63,623 bases of DNA, filler included, from Stramenopiles sp. TOSAG23-6 (GCA_900128565.1; 9 parts of 9 records of this genome joined end to end with filler, not necessarily neighbours in it), one strand, 5' to 3'; shown: positions 22,801 through 36,384, counted from the first letter of the whole stretch. Notes: a model not told the origin generated them from the letters alone. Translations and numbers: made by a program.

Positions 22801-25800
22801 GGTCGTTATGCTTCGGTCACGAAATCGGAGGCAGCGCTCGAGACTGTACAAATATTTATTGAAAAGGCCACACGACATCCAATACTTCGTTTAGGCGCTG
22901 GTCGATTTGTAAAGGACAACTCTTCAACGATTCTTTCTAAAAAGAAAGAAGATGCACAGTACGCTACGGTATTCGCACTTCATCCCGAGATATTAGGTAA
23001 CGTGTCACTGGGCCAGCTATAACTCGAGGTAAAAATGCCAATGGATGTGACCGAAATGTACCTGTTTCTGAGACCGTTTCACAAAAGTTTGGTTTGCGAC
23101 AATTCACTGTACGTTTGCCTCGTGATCTGTCATATGAAATATCGGTCAATGTCAAGGATATGATTTCTTGGGAAGCAATTCTTCATGGCACATTCTCTAA
23201 AGTATTTGCAGCAGATAGNNNNNNNNNNNNNNNNNNNNNNNNNNNNNNNNNNNNNNNNNNNNNNNNNNNNNNNNNNNNNNNNNNNNNNNNNNNNNNNNNN
23301 NNNNNNNNNNNNNNNNNNNNNNNNNNNNNNNNNNNNNNATCAAAGTCGAAGGTTTGGCAAAGGATTCAGGATCAAGGCAATATAAGGAAGGTTCTGCCTT
23401 TAGCCAGGCTGGAGGTTCAGCTGCAGGTATTGTAGTAAGCCATAAAGCCGACGCAACAGATGCTATACTTTTTGTAACCACAGAAGATCAAGTGAAGTCT
23501 ACGGCTAATGGTGGAGGTGCATTGACGATGATAACTGTAGATGGTGAAAGTGTTGCAGCTGGCACACCAACTGCAATAAAGAATCATCAATCCCAACGAG
23601 CTGCTATCGTTGGCACGCCACCTGATGTTGTCGTCTCCATTGAAAACGGCGACTCATTCTTAAAGTCTCCAACAAAAAGCAAAGATTCAAAAGGCGTTGA
23701 AAATAGCATTGGCTCTCCTTCATCAGTTCTCAATTCCTCTGGAGAAGCCACTGTTATTCGCTCAGTGGAAAAAGATGAGAAAGCCATAGCCATTCAAATC
23801 ATGGTGAAGAAAGGAAAATTCACGAATTTAGTTCCTTTCTATATCGATAATGCTAAAGTTGGTCGTGCTGAAAGATTGAGTGGCGAACCAAAATATACTA
23901 CTCACCAAGGTAATGTTGGAACGTATTTAAATTCTTTACCAGCTATTCCTGTCGCGGCTGATGATTTAGAACCAGAAATGGAGTTTATGTTTAGAAAGAA
24001 GGCTACATTAAAAACAGCAATACAGGTTGCGAGTGAAGCTAATTCTTTACGCGAGTGTACTAGAATTGATTTTAGTAAATTGTACGGTGTCAAAATGGTT
24101 AGTGATAAAAACCCCGCAACTGGTAAGAAAATGAATTCGATATTGTTTACAATATCTGCTTTTGAAGCATATGCTACTGAAGACAATGGCAAGGAAGTCC
24201 AAGAAATTGCAGGTGGTTTGCCGAAACTCCTCTATGTACCCGGTACGATTCACACGAATGATAATATGGCATTTTCGACGGAGTCCAGATTTTCAATCAG
24301 TGGCGGTATTTACGATGAATCAAAATCATCTCATACTTCTACAATGTGTACAAGCGCAACTGGCTGCGTATTATCAAACATTCTAGCACATGCTTGCGGT
24401 GTAGTGGGAACAAAACCAGAAGAAGCTGGGATGGTAACTCAGCCTGCAGATTGTCAAATCGCTGGACAAACTTTGGAAGGAACTTTTTATCAAGGACTCA
24501 TTTCTCGATTGTCTGATCCCGAACGGTATAAACCATTCAGTAAGCGTATGGAATTTTTCTTCACGCCATCTACTGATGATCTACCGACAATGATTCAAGT
24601 GAATGCTTTGAAGACTGATACATCCGGTGTAGATGTTGTTGTTGAAGGTGATGTTCCCCTCACACGAAATCAGGCCATTAAGCTCCCAGAGTACGTGCCA
24701 TTTGTCATTATTAGAGATCCACCAGGTGATGGATCGTTCACTACCTGGCGCAAGGATACCACAATGTCTGTTAATGTAGAGGTCGGTTTTGGCAAAGCTC
24801 AACAAGAAAGTCATGAAATGAATTTAGGATTTGGTGCTGCCGAGAGTATCAGAGCGGACGCTGATGGCGATATTTCACCAGTAGCAATGGGCTTTGGAGG
24901 AATCGGTGCTGTACTCGGTCTTGAAATTAACGTATTTGATTATAGAATGATGGGAGGTTGGCATTACATGGATGCTGGTCAACCGGGTACCTATGCATCA
25001 GACGTCGATCGGGTCATGCATTCGGGCATGGAAGTTCAATTTACAGCGTCAACCGAATACAGTACGTCACCAAATGCTGGTGGAGGTGTATTTCAGGATT
25101 TGATCGTTATGCCGAGCTTGTCTATTTTGACAATGACTGCATTGCCAATTCGATTTCGCGATGACGACGTATTTTGTAATGGTGATGCAACCTGTCTTGG
25201 AAAGCCTAATAGTCAGTGTGAAGGTTTTGCAGCGTCGGAAATAAGCACGTGGTCTCTAATTGGCGATGTCACAAGTGAAGCGGCTGTAAAGAAGAAACTG
25301 GATGATTATGAAGCTGATATGGATCTTTTTGACGGGAAAGAACCACATGGAGATATTATGGGAAATAGTCTGACATCATTGAAGCTGAGAAATTATGCAG
25401 TAGCCGCAATTAAGGATGATACGTGGAACGCAATTACGGTTCATACTGTGTATGATATTATTCGAACTCGTATTCCACAATTGCAAGACCGCTGCTTGGA
25501 AGAATGGAACGATCTCCGTTGTAATTTTGCTGACCAAGGCGATGTTGATCTAAGTAAATTTGTCACAGGTTGTGGAGGAACGAAATGCGCGGGATCAAGA
25601 TACTTTGATGATTTACTTCTACATTTCAAGCATTATGACGCTACTTTAAAAAGGAATTGGTGTAAAATACCGGTTTGCAAAGATGATAAAGGACAGGACA
25701 AACTGTGTGGTTTAACAGGTAGTGTCAAAGGCGATTCGTGTAAGAATGTATCGATCAAAAAGACATATACTCCAGCAATGAAAGCCGCAAATGAAGATAA

Positions 25801-27787
25801 TACTGATGCAACTCGAGCTCAAGCTCGTTTAATGGCAACATTGGATGCTATTAAAGGATGGATAAGAGTGCTCAAGTTGAATGAAGAACTCAAGGAGAAA
25901 GCAAAGCCAGTTGGTGCTGAAGCGCTTGTTGCAAGTCCATTATTGCAAGGCGAGCAAGGTTTCTCTGCAAATCCTGATGCTCCAGGATTTTACGTTGGTG
26001 GCAATGAAGCTCTTGAACAGGCGCAAAATGGATTGGTGGGATCAAAATTGTCGGATCAATTAAGTGACGCAGCTGATGGAGCAAATCCCCATGCGGAGCT
26101 CAACCTTATGTTTGGATCACAATATTGTACTGGAGCTACAGACAAAGCCAGTTGCGACAAACATGCTTCTCATGGATGCTATTATCAGCGGTACTGTAGA
26201 GAAAATTGCTATATTCATTGCCAATTTAGTCCGAGCAGAAGAAACAATTATAAAACGTTTGAAGTTACTGCCGATACAAAGCCTCTTACTTCTGATGGTT
26301 ATGATGCAGACGATGTAGAGCATTGTGGTCACTTACCTAATCAGCAATACGCAAAGTACGCTGAGAAATGTTCTCAGGCAACCAAGTTCCATCCAAAGGG
26401 AGAAGCTTTGGACAGAATGATGCAACCAAATCATTTAGGATCTCCAGAGTACACTGAAAGGAAGAAAGCTTCATTCAGAGGAGGCAACATAGCAAATGTG
26501 GATCCACCAACAGTTGGCTCAACTAACGGTAATGTAATGGGGCTTGCTTCGAAGAGTGCTGCAAGTATTGTAGCATTCAGTGGGGGTGGGCAGGTAGCAA
26601 AATATTCATACACAAGTAAACAAACATCCGCTTTATCTCTTCAATTTCAACACCATCAGAAAGATGTTAAGGATAAATATATGACTGGTTACTGGAATAT
26701 ATTCTTGTTAAATATTGAGTCTGATGGTGATTGGAAAGATGCATTTCAAAAGCTAACGAGCAACACTCAGGCTGAGATGCGTTCTGAGGAAAGAGCCGTT
26801 GAAATTACATTAAGCGATAGTTCTATTGGTGATTATTTTGATGTCGAGATTATGAGAGATTCAATGTATGGGACGCCCACATTTGTCACGAGAGCGGGTC
26901 GATCAAAGTGTCCTCACGAGGCGGGTACAGATGCTCGTGAACAGTTTGATGTACAATTTCCAAGTGAATTAAATGAGCTGGATATCGTTGGTGATAAGTT
27001 ATCAAAGAAAGCTCGAAGTGTTGAACGTCAAAATGGCGCCGCCGATGGTGACTGTGCAAGTTTCTATCTAGAATTGATCAATGAAACACCATACAATGAT
27101 GACCTTGAACTNGTATTTGATTTAATTCCTCCCCTTGCTTCCAAATATGGCACGTATGATACAACGGGTCTAAGTCTAGAAAGTAAGATAATGACGACGT
27201 TCGGTACCCAAGACATGCCACTTCTCCTAAACGATCAAAGAAGGAAAGTGCGATTTGATATTTGCCCGACCGGTGACGAAAGAGATTTCGCTGCAAGAGA
27301 AAAACGTCTTGCTGGCGAATGTTCAGATGGAACGAAGAATACCGAAGTTGCATGCACTGGTACATGGGATGATGACAATGATGTAAATACAGATGAAATT
27401 CCTAGAGTTTGGACAGCTGGGGTTAAAGATGCTCTTGGAAATGATCATTCAGGTATGTTGTACTGTAACTTAATGGTCAGGGTATCATCGAAATGTGAAG
27501 ATCAATTGGGTAATTGGCAACAGATCCCGAAAGGGTACTTGTGGGATTCTAAAGAAATGACAGATGTTTGTTCTGCATCTGATCCTGTCGCCAAACGAAC
27601 TTTCCCTAAAACTGCTGGTTGTTGGTCAAAAGAACTTCCAGAGGTTCTTGATGGTAGTGCTGATATTTCTCGAGGTTTACAGTTTGGATCAGAAACTCCT
27701 CTACGAAGAGAGGTGTTAATCCCATGTTTAAGTTTCCATAAAACCAAGAATTTGTGTGAAACTTCTCCATGTGAAGGCATGCGATAG
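19808..27787 (+). CDS. Giant (>2500 aa) intronless extracellular-type protein with a PAN/apple-like domain and an RDPPG-motif region; broken by several frameshifts and an N gap
   Basis: Overlapping same-strand ORFs start at 19937, 20622, 21014, 21832, 23094 and 23354; CQAKC..NCFAWGF; IIRDPPGDGSF; FSGGG; GDYFDVEI..YGTPTF.T.AG.SKCPHE. Confidence 0.6.
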
Positions 27788-27916
27788 ATGATGTAGGACA
27801 CAATGCATCACACATGTTTTGAAATTGAAAATAAAATTATCCTTTATAATAATGCAAATGTTTATTTTATTTCTTTATTGCATCTGAGCTAAAACTATCT
27901 GGTGCTTTTGCAGGGT

Positions 27917-27991
27917 AAAAGAAAAGATTTTAAATATATATTGCAAGGCAAAAGAAAAGATTTTAAATATATATTGCAAGGCAAAAGAAAA
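27917..27991. repeat. 33-bp-period tandem repeat between convergent genes
   Basis: AAAAGAAAAGATTTTAAATATATATTGCAAGGC, two full copies plus a partial one. Confidence 0.8.
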
Positions 27992-28021
27992 GTTTGTGTG
28001 AAGTTATTTTATATATAAAAG

Positions 28022-28504
28022 TTACTGAAACTTTTCCAGATTTCTCATTTCATTACTTTGAGCAAAAACTTTCAGATGATCCATTACACTGTTATTTTCT
28101 AATTCCTTGGGTGGGGCATCTTTACCTGTAACATAATTAAAAATACTGATTGTTTCCTGGGCGAGAATTTTCTCATACTCGCCCATTTGTTCCAGTGACA
28201 TCGACGGCACGTATTTAGTAGCATAGTTACCCAACAATAAATCTACCTCTAACCACCCACGTTGTTTACTGCGATATATTAGCCGTTTGCGATGAGCAGC
28301 ATCAGGGGATATACCCTCAGGTGGAGTGCTGTGGGGTGGGAACTCGGTAGCCATGTTCTCGTAGTTGTACCGAAGCTCATGGTCACGTGCAGCAGCGTCT
28401 AACTTCTTTAAAGAAAGTTTAGCCAATTCTGGGGTGACCACGGTTGGTTTTTGGCTAGAAAATAAACGGACAGAAGTCCGAAACAATGCCGAACGCAATG
28501 ACAT
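28022..28504 (-). CDS. SDHAF2: Succinate dehydrogenase assembly factor 2 (Sdh5)
   Basis: RKRLIYRSKQRGWLEVDLLLG; N-terminus resembles a mitochondrial presequence. Confidence 0.92.
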   Translation of the reverse strand: MSLRSALFRTSVRLFSSQKPTVVTPELAKLSLKKLDAAARDHELRYNYENMATEFPPHSTPPEGISPDAAHRKRLIYRSKQRGWLEVDLLLGNYATKYVPSMSLEQMGEYEKILAQETISIFNYVTGKDAPPKELENNSVMDHLKVFAQSNEMRNLEKFQ

Positions 28505-28849
28505 AGAAATAATTTTGAGTAGTTGTGCAATGTCAACAAACAAATGAATTCGTACAAACTTCAAACGGCACACATACACCAAAAAACACAAAAGTGTTAT
28601 GAGGTGTACCGAAGTGTATAGTAGCTGTCATGACAATCATCATCACCTCTGAACTGAAGGCGGAGCAGGTTTGTTTTTCGTCTATCAGTTTTTTTTGGTG
28701 ACGTCATTTTTTGGCAGTTAAAATAATATAAGCGAGAAAGAAGAAAGATATCAAAAAATATTTAATATCTGTTGAAGAATAATACATATTGCTAAAAATC
28801 ATCATGTATCTACCGTAGCTTAGGTTTTCCGCCAAAGAGAGTCCCTTCG

Positions 28850-29552
28850 ATGGATACCTCAACTGAGATAGAAACAATACCTTCCTCGGTAGCTCTTGGT
28901 TCAATTCTTTCTCAGCAACTTATATCACAAAAAGGAGTAGATACACTAAAATATGGTGATATTGTCCTTTTTTACACTGATCAAGCAGCTAGAGGTCTGC
29001 TTCGTACTGAAGGTTTACGGAATACTCAATGTTACGTTGAGTCTATGGATAACATGAAAGTACCAACAAATTTCCGTGAATGCTTATTTAAGGTGCAACC
29101 GAGAATGAAATACGTTGCCTTTGAAGAACTTCAATCTGAACTTGCAAAGCCTGTGCATCACATTAGTACAAGAAAACGAATTGATTTAAAATATAAAGAG
29201 GATTTATGGCGTCGCGAAATTCGCTTCAATCGTCAAGAAGAAGCTACTAGACAGGGAGATATTGTGAAATATGGAGATGTAGTCCAGTTACTCCATTGTA
29301 AATCTGGAAAACTTATAACAATTCTTCCCAACACTGTTGCAGAAATTGAAACGTCCTGTTTAAAAGTGAGTCTTCAGGAACAAGGATCTCGATATTGTTG
29401 GTTTACGCTATCCCCTCGATATAAAGTTCGTCAGAAAGGCGATGCAATTGAAATATCCGATTTTATCCTCATGCACTGTCAACAACAACCACGTGACATG
29501 TTACACGCAAACGAGGCGACTGAAGTAAATCTTTCACACTCTATGACTTCAT
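28850..29552 (+). CDS. Inositol 1,4,5-trisphosphate/ryanodine receptor-family channel, N-terminal exon (truncated by a family intron starting at 29553)
   Basis: LKYGDIV, PTNFRECLFKV, VKYGDVVQLLHCKSGK, WFTLSPRYKVRQKGD. Confidence 0.85.
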
Positions 29553-30082
29553 GTACGTTTTATATGAATTTCTAATTTAATTTTTTTTTCATACGAAATT
29601 TCGTNNNNNNNNNNNNNNNNNNNNNNNNNNNNNNNNNNNNNNNNNNNNTTAATTAATTAANNNNNNNNNNNNNNNNNNNNNNNNNNNNNNNNNNNNNNNN
29701 NNNNATAGATATCAATGATTTGATTGATAGACATGGTGTGGCGTCACCTGATTTGACAAATGAATTAAACCGACTTTTTGATACAAAAGATTTAAATGAT
29801 TTTGACAATAGTACAACTATTTTAGCTCTGAACAAAGTTGACACGAGACCTGAATATAACAAACTTTGTGACAAACATTCAAATGCTTTACATATGAAAG
29901 ACCCAATGTTTAAGCCTCTGTAGGATATTTTATTCAAAAACATATTCATTACGATGTTTAACCATTTCATGTACAGATAACTCAAGGACAGGCATAGATA
30001 AGCTTGTAGAATGCATCTCAAGTGAAATAGTCAAGTTAACTGGTATAGAAAATATGAAAGAAAATTCGCTAACAAATGGTAG

Positions 30083-33000
30083 TCACTCCTCTGAAGCTCC
30101 ACCCATACAAATATAGCTTTCATGACCTTTACCAAAATTCTCGTGAATATAATCTCCACAATCACCACAAATAGGTTGTAAACGTACCACTAAGAGACGT
30201 TCAGCCATTGAACCAATTTTGGTGCGTAACTCTTCTGTAAAAGTCTTAGTTTGTAGATATTTAAGACGTGATTCTCGAATTTCTTCTTTTTCTTCCTCTT
30301 TTACCTCTGACATACCGAGCATTGTTGAAGTTGCTTGTTCTGAAAGTAAAGTAGATGATGGTAATATTTCAGGTAATATCGCATCACAGTCACTAGCAGT
30401 AGAAAATGATTTATCTCCAGTTATATGCGAAGTATCACTTGGTTGATCAATGCTTGTCTCCTCAGAAATCCGTGTAATGCGAGATTTTTTTCGTGGCGCT
30501 TCATCAGTTTTTGTAGTACTACTGCCAACTCTTATATTAGTAGTAGATAAAATTCGTTTTGCTTTGCGTTTTCCCTTGCTTCGCACAATACTATCTTTCT
30601 TTATCAATTCCAATGCCGATTGCAACCAAAAATGACCTGGTAAAAAAGGAGGATTGTGGTTAGGACGAAGAGGAACAAGTCCATCAAAATGATCTGCATA
30701 TAAACTCTGAACTTCAACAACACTTCCATCCTTCTGGGCACTCACAAGCATTGATGAATACCATTGACGCAATCTATCCCAACCAGGTGTACGTTGATCT
30801 CGCGGATGCCTATGAAAAATATAGTCAGTACCTCTAAGAGGTGGGCATGCCCAAATATGCATTGCAGAAAATCCACGTTCTTTCGCAGATGCTAAGTATT
30901 CAGTAAGTATCATTTGGTATAGAGGAGTTCGAAGCCATCTGGGTGACAAAAGATTTACTGAATCAATGTAATCTAAATAAACTACCCGACGATTTGGCTC
31001 TGGAGATTCTGATCCAAACTCATTAAAGTATGCTGCAAATAGTAATACATCAATTCCATCAATCTTTTGAAATACCAGAAGCGTTTTAGTACGACATGTA
31101 AATGACGAGGGTACAACATTAGTATTATAAATCTTCTTTTCACTATTTGCTTTCGATTCATTTTCTTGTGCTAAATACTGACGCTTCCGCAAGCTACTCA
31201 TAGATTCCATTATATCTCGAATTTCTTCAGATACTGGATTTTCATGATCTATATTGCATATAAGTTTTATCGTAATGGTATCTGAAAGTCCCTTTGATTC
31301 ATTTATTGACAATCCATTTTTAGCTCCCAAATCACAGATAAAATGAAGTAGTTTCTTATTTAAACGAGAAGCGATACCCCGGGATGCACCATACTCCGTA
31401 GACTCATCAGTTGGTAAATCATCTGCGATAAATCTTCTATACTTCTTATTACTTTTATCAACGCAAACTTTAGACAAATCAAAGAAAGTATTATCGTCCT
31501 TATAATTTGAATGCAGTACGACTTGATCATCATCGATGTCCATTTGTTTATTCACATTTTTTGATTTCTTTCGTGGAGTTTTTCGAATGGTAGGACTCAT
31601 TTTTTTAGTGTTTTTTGGATGTATTTTTTTAGGACTTGTTTTTTTGGGGGATGAGTCTTTGGAAGGTGATTTTCGTTTATTCGTTTTTTTAGATTTCTTT
31701 GGTGCTGATCCTTCATGTTCCTCTTTCATAATGTCGTTTTCTTCATCGCGGCTGTACTTTCTAGGAGGATTATACGGCGGGAAGTCACTTGAAGGTCTAC
31801 ATGATGGACATACAAACGTAAATAGACATTGTGGTTGTTGCACTGCTGATGTTTGAGAAGATTTTGACTCAATTGAAACATTTGAAGATGTGCGCTTCAG
31901 TTTATTATTTCTATATTTGGGGCCAAATGTATCAGAATTATCTAAATTAATTTTTGGTGATTTTTCTTCCATGCTTTTTAGTTTCTTTGTTTTTCTTCTG
32001 TAAGATTTTGATGTAATCTTTTTCTGGATATTGTCATCTATATTCATTGAATCAATTTGATTATCCTTTTGTAATTGAGTCCTGCTTGTGTTTTTTTTTG
32101 CTCTTTTCTTCGAAGTAGCTCCCCGTGACACTTTAGTTGCTATTTTAGGAGGAGGATCAGATGGGAAATATTGCTTTTGTACACCTTCCTTCCATGGATT
32201 AAATAAAACACAAGCTTGATGGTACCAATTCTTGCATATCGAACAATGTACCCAAGGTTCCGCATAGACATTATTATTCCGACGTTTACTATGAGGTGTT
32301 CCATCAGGAGATGACATACGCATTCTTGAATGACATTTCACGCACCATGTTTTATTCGTTGATAATTCCACGAAATAATATGCAGAACGAGCAACACGAC
32401 CACCGCATGGACCATCACAAGCAACAGAGGAATGCTCAAGGCGTAAACACTTCATATGACACAATGCACATGTCATTCCATCATGACAATGAGCACATGT
32501 GTGACGAAATGATCTTCTATATAACTGATTAAATTTAGCAGCAGCTTTGAAATATTCACTTTGGAATTGTGCAAGAAGATTTTCAGCTAGCTTATGCACA
32601 GGATGATACGCAGCATTATACAGCATTGCATTACTAAAAACTAATTCAACATCGGCTCTTAAAGCTAATAATGTAGAATACAAACCACGTTCCATTTTAG
32701 ATCGAATGGTACCTAAATCCATTGGACGCTCAATAACACTGGGGTAATCTGGAATATTTAACGCAACTGGGTCTACTGGTCTATTGAAAATGTCTCTGTT
32801 AAATTTCGAGTGATATAGGTTTAATAAAAGTGGCGCCATTGCATCTTTAATATGATCGCTATTAAGTCTATGTCGGTGTGATCTAGTCATATCAATACTT
32901 ATACCACCTAAACGAAAGTTTTCTGGAAGTATTGAATTACCTAAGTTACAGTGATGGATGATGTAACCTGGTAAAGCTACTGCAGCTTCGACTGCAATCC

Positions 33001-33559
33001 GTTGCTGAAGATCACTTCGACCATTGGCACTTGCGACAGAAGATACAACTGCTTTCACTTTCTCCCAAAGTGGACCGAAACCCCAACCAAGGCTTGCAGC
33101 AGAAGTAGAGCACTCAGCAGAGGAAGGAACACGACGACTATTTACAGTAGAAGATGTCCTACTAGAAGACACAATGCCAGATCCAACTTGCTCTTGATAA
33201 TGGTGGTAGTGATGGTGGTGTAAGTGAACATGAATAGAGCCTTCCGTGTGTGATCTTTGGTCGTCTTTCGATACTGCATCTCCAGAGTGGTGCCAAATAC
33301 CTGCAAAAGAAGCAATCTTGTCCAAAAGCTGTAATGTTGGATGGGTAGCACTGGTTTCTCTCTCACCTCTATTTTTCAAAGACGAAGAATTTTTAGTATT
33401 AACTTTTTTCGACACAGATGGAAGAGACATCTGACACGCCCGGACATATTGGCTATCAGCCTCTCCGCCTAAACACTTTGATACACACCAGCGCAGCTGT
33501 CTTGATAGCAAGGTCAGATCACTTTTCTCAGAATTTGAAATTGAACCTTCGTTTCCCAT
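30083..33559 (-). CDS. p300/CBP-like histone acetyltransferase (bromodomain, Cys-rich/PHD region, KAT11 HAT domain)
   Basis: FNRPVDP..IPDY..IERPMDLGTI, NAMLYN, FQKIDGIDVLLF, YLDYIDSV, HIWACPP..G.DYIFH.HP..Q.TP...LRQWY. Confidence 0.92.
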   Translation of the reverse strand: MGNEGSISNSEKSDLTLLSRQLRWCVSKCLGGEADSQYVRACQMSLPSVSKKVNTKNSSSLKNRGERETSATHPTLQLLDKIASFAGIWHHSGDAVSKDDQRSHTEGSIHVHLHHHHYHHYQEQVGSGIVSSSRTSSTVNSRRVPSSAECSTSAASLGWGFGPLWEKVKAVVSSVASANGRSDLQQRIAVEAAVALPGYIIHHCNLGNSILPENFRLGGISIDMTRSHRHRLNSDHIKDAMAPLLLNLYHSKFNRDIFNRPVDPVALNIPDYPSVIERPMDLGTIRSKMERGLYSTLLALRADVELVFSNAMLYNAAYHPVHKLAENLLAQFQSEYFKAAAKFNQLYRRSFRHTCAHCHDGMTCALCHMKCLRLEHSSVACDGPCGGRVARSAYYFVELSTNKTWCVKCHSRMRMSSPDGTPHSKRRNNNVYAEPWVHCSICKNWYHQACVLFNPWKEGVQKQYFPSDPPPKIATKVSRGATSKKRAKKNTSRTQLQKDNQIDSMNIDDNIQKKITSKSYRRKTKKLKSMEEKSPKINLDNSDTFGPKYRNNKLKRTSSNVSIESKSSQTSAVQQPQCLFTFVCPSCRPSSDFPPYNPPRKYSRDEENDIMKEEHEGSAPKKSKKTNKRKSPSKDSSPKKTSPKKIHPKNTKKMSPTIRKTPRKKSKNVNKQMDIDDDQVVLHSNYKDDNTFFDLSKVCVDKSNKKYRRFIADDLPTDESTEYGASRGIASRLNKKLLHFICDLGAKNGLSINESKGLSDTITIKLICNIDHENPVSEEIRDIMESMSSLRKRQYLAQENESKANSEKKIYNTNVVPSSFTCRTKTLLVFQKIDGIDVLLFAAYFNEFGSESPEPNRRVVYLDYIDSVNLLSPRWLRTPLYQMILTEYLASAKERGFSAMHIWACPPLRGTDYIFHRHPRDQRTPGWDRLRQWYSSMLVSAQKDGSVVEVQSLYADHFDGLVPLRPNHNPPFLPGHFWLQSALELIKKDSIVRSKGKRKAKRILSTTNIRVGSSTTKTDEAPRKKSRITRISEETSIDQPSDTSHITGDKSFSTASDCDAILPEILPSSTLLSEQATSTMLGMSEVKEEEKEEIRESRLKYLQTKTFTEELRTKIGSMAERLLVVRLQPICGDCGDYIHENFGKGHESYICMGGASEE

Positions 33560-34195
33560 ATCAAAATATTGATGAACAACAGAATCAAGGAACCAATTTA
33601 GTGATATCAGAGAGCATTACAGCATAACTTTAAATAGCAATCACAATGAATGTCCGTAATTGTGGCGGGGGGGGGTGAATCTCTATCAAAGTGACACGTG
33701 TAAAGGAGCAAGGAGGAGGAGAAGTGTGAAAGCGTCAAACATTGTTTTCAAGAAGACTGTTCGTTCGACGACGGTCAAGGCGCGCATTAGCAGCTTAGGG
33801 TTAGGGTTAATTCTTATAATACATCAACATCAAAAAAGTGGATTCGATTTTACCTCGATAAAACTCGATTTGATTCTCTCAGCTGAGATCTAAAAATCAA
33901 CAGAGTTAGGTCTTGAAATCTATCTTCAATTTAGATTATCGTTTCATCTTCTTCTGCTTTATCATTCAGTGACTTGACTACGCATAATATCATGGTAACA
34001 ATGTGTATTGTATCTCTAGTGTAAGTGCAACATTCTACTTCGTCAGTATTCTGAAACCTTCTTAATTTATATACAAAAGAAATCCGTAAGGGTACGTATC
34101 CTGGGTCAACGACATAGCACAGCACTTTCTAGATAGTCACTGTCCTTTGAAATCTACGCGATTGCAATTCTTGTAAAGGGTTGTGCAGAGTTTAG

Positions 34196-36384
34196 ATGAC
34201 GGTATTTTTAAAGAACAACAAGTTAAACGCATTTGTGAGTGCTTTTGCACCAGCAGTTCCACCAGTCGATGGTGCACGACTGCTGTCTATCTGTGAAAAT
34301 AATGGCAAAGAATTGGTAAGTTTTTATTGTTTATTTATTCTACATATTTCTTATTATGAAACATATTTCAATTGTAAAGGCATTTCGTCGTTGAAATGAA
34401 ACTCTGCTGACTTTGTATCCCTTTTCTTTATATCGCCTCTCTACAGATACATTGTTTTCCATCTGCTGGAACACGATTGCAACGGAATAAGCTTATTCGT
34501 GTTGTTATGCAGTGTGCAGAACATGGTGTGGCGCAAGTTCAAACAAAACGTGGTTCAACTTCAACTTTTTCACGAACGTCTTCATTAAGCCCTCAAACCG
34601 GAAACTCAGTACCTCCATCGAGACATTTATCAGTACCTACTAAAACCAGTTCACCAAAACTATTAGCATTACCTCTGGCAGATTCTCCTAATAAATTATT
34701 ATCTGGAAATCTTACGAGTGCATCCGTAGAATGGCCAAAAGTAAGTTCTACTCAGAGTTCTATGGAATGGCCTGCCAAATGGTCAACTAATTCATCCCAA
34801 AATAATTGGTCATCAAATAGCGGAGCTCCATTTCCTGATTCAATTCCACACTCAAATAGTACAAGTATATCGCAATCGTGGTCACAGCAACAAAATTCTG
34901 ATAGTAGTGCTCATACGTCTAATAACAGTGTTCATCGGATTATACCAAAATCGAAACAGACAATATTCACAAATCATCCTCCTCCTTCGCCAGTGTCTCC
35001 CAGAGTAAAGTCGGCCGCAGGTAACGCAGCTCTTAGAAAAATAAATAACGACCGATTTAATCTTGATAACTCCTCCGAAAAGTCCATTATAAGAAGTAAT
35101 GTTATTTTGTCGAGCGAAGAACTTACTAGTAGTAACTTGAGAAGAGATAGAAGTGTGTCAATTCACAAAAATAATGAAAAAATAACAACATCAATGTCTC
35201 GTACATCAAGTGTTGTAGCTGCTGCTGCCGGAGCTGCTAGTTTAAGAGCAATCAGAAGATCATCTACTGGATCTTCAAAAGGTTCAATAACATCAAATAA
35301 TGGTATCAATAGACTTCCATCGGGGAGATTTCTATTGGTTAGTTCAAAATCAAAAAACAAATTACGTTCAAAATCATTTGAATCACCAAGTAACTCTGGT
35401 CGTCGAAGGAGATCAAAATCATTTGATAAAAAGAGTGTTAACACACTCACTACAAATAATGACTATGAAAATGAATTAAATTCAATTGGTAATCAACCGC
35501 GTAGTGACATAAATTGTAAAAGATACACAGACCATCCTTTAAATAATCTAAAATTACATGGAAAAAGTAATAATTCAATAAATAATGTGAGACAACGACG
35601 AAATTCTTCACGATCATTACTTGGTAATGCCTTGGGCACTATCCAACGAAAAGGATCTCTATCGCCGATGAATGATGATGTTGTTTATGAAGTGAAATCT
35701 TTGTCAGCTTTAAATGGTTTTTTATCTGGAGATTCAAGTTTGAATGGAATCAAAAATCTGAATAACCACAACAGTAATAATTCAAATAATGATAAAACAG
35801 TTCATGGTGTAAAAGAAATGTATACAGGAAGAAAAGCATCACCTGTTTCAGTATTAAAAATGTTGAGTCCAGATTCTTCCGCGCGTTCATCGCGTTTAAA
35901 CTCATTAAGTGGTGCTTCTCTTGGTAGTAGCATCAGTAGAAAAAATTCTTATTCTACTCAGTACCAAAATGGTAGAAAAAATAGCCTCGATTCGATGATG
36001 AGACGAGATACTACTTCACCATCACTATTGCTTCGAGGTGGTTCATTTGGTGTGGGTATTGGCTCGATCGCTTCTCGTAGTTCCCCACCACCTAATTTAT
36101 CATCTAGTCTTGGAGCAGGTGCTTCATATGGTTTAAGAAATCCTCGAGCAATGAAAATGTCCGATGTTGTGATGGAATCTAGTAATCTTGGTAAAAGTAT
36201 TATGGGTCAATCAAATACGAATGAAAATAATGTGAGTGAACATAATGGAAATAGAGTAATCAATGAATTATTACAAGCACTTGCTGCTGAGCGAGCCAGA
36301 AATGAAACAAACAGACAAATAATAGAAAATCAGCAGCAAGAGATTTCATCGCTTACGTCAATAAACAAAGGGGTAAGTTTATAA
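34196..36384 (+). CDS. Ser/Asn-rich protein with a C-terminal coiled coil; exons 34196-34315 and 34447-36384
   Basis: A canonical intron joins the two ORFs in frame. Confidence 0.7.
34316..34446 (+). other. Ordinary canonical GT-AG intron (not in the repeat family)
   Basis: GTAAGT...GCTGAC branch...CTACAG. Confidence 0.8.

Noticed and set aside
29705-29923. GTPase call based on LNKVD
   Set aside because: It is only a short C-terminal fragment at a contig start, and one motif is insufficient.
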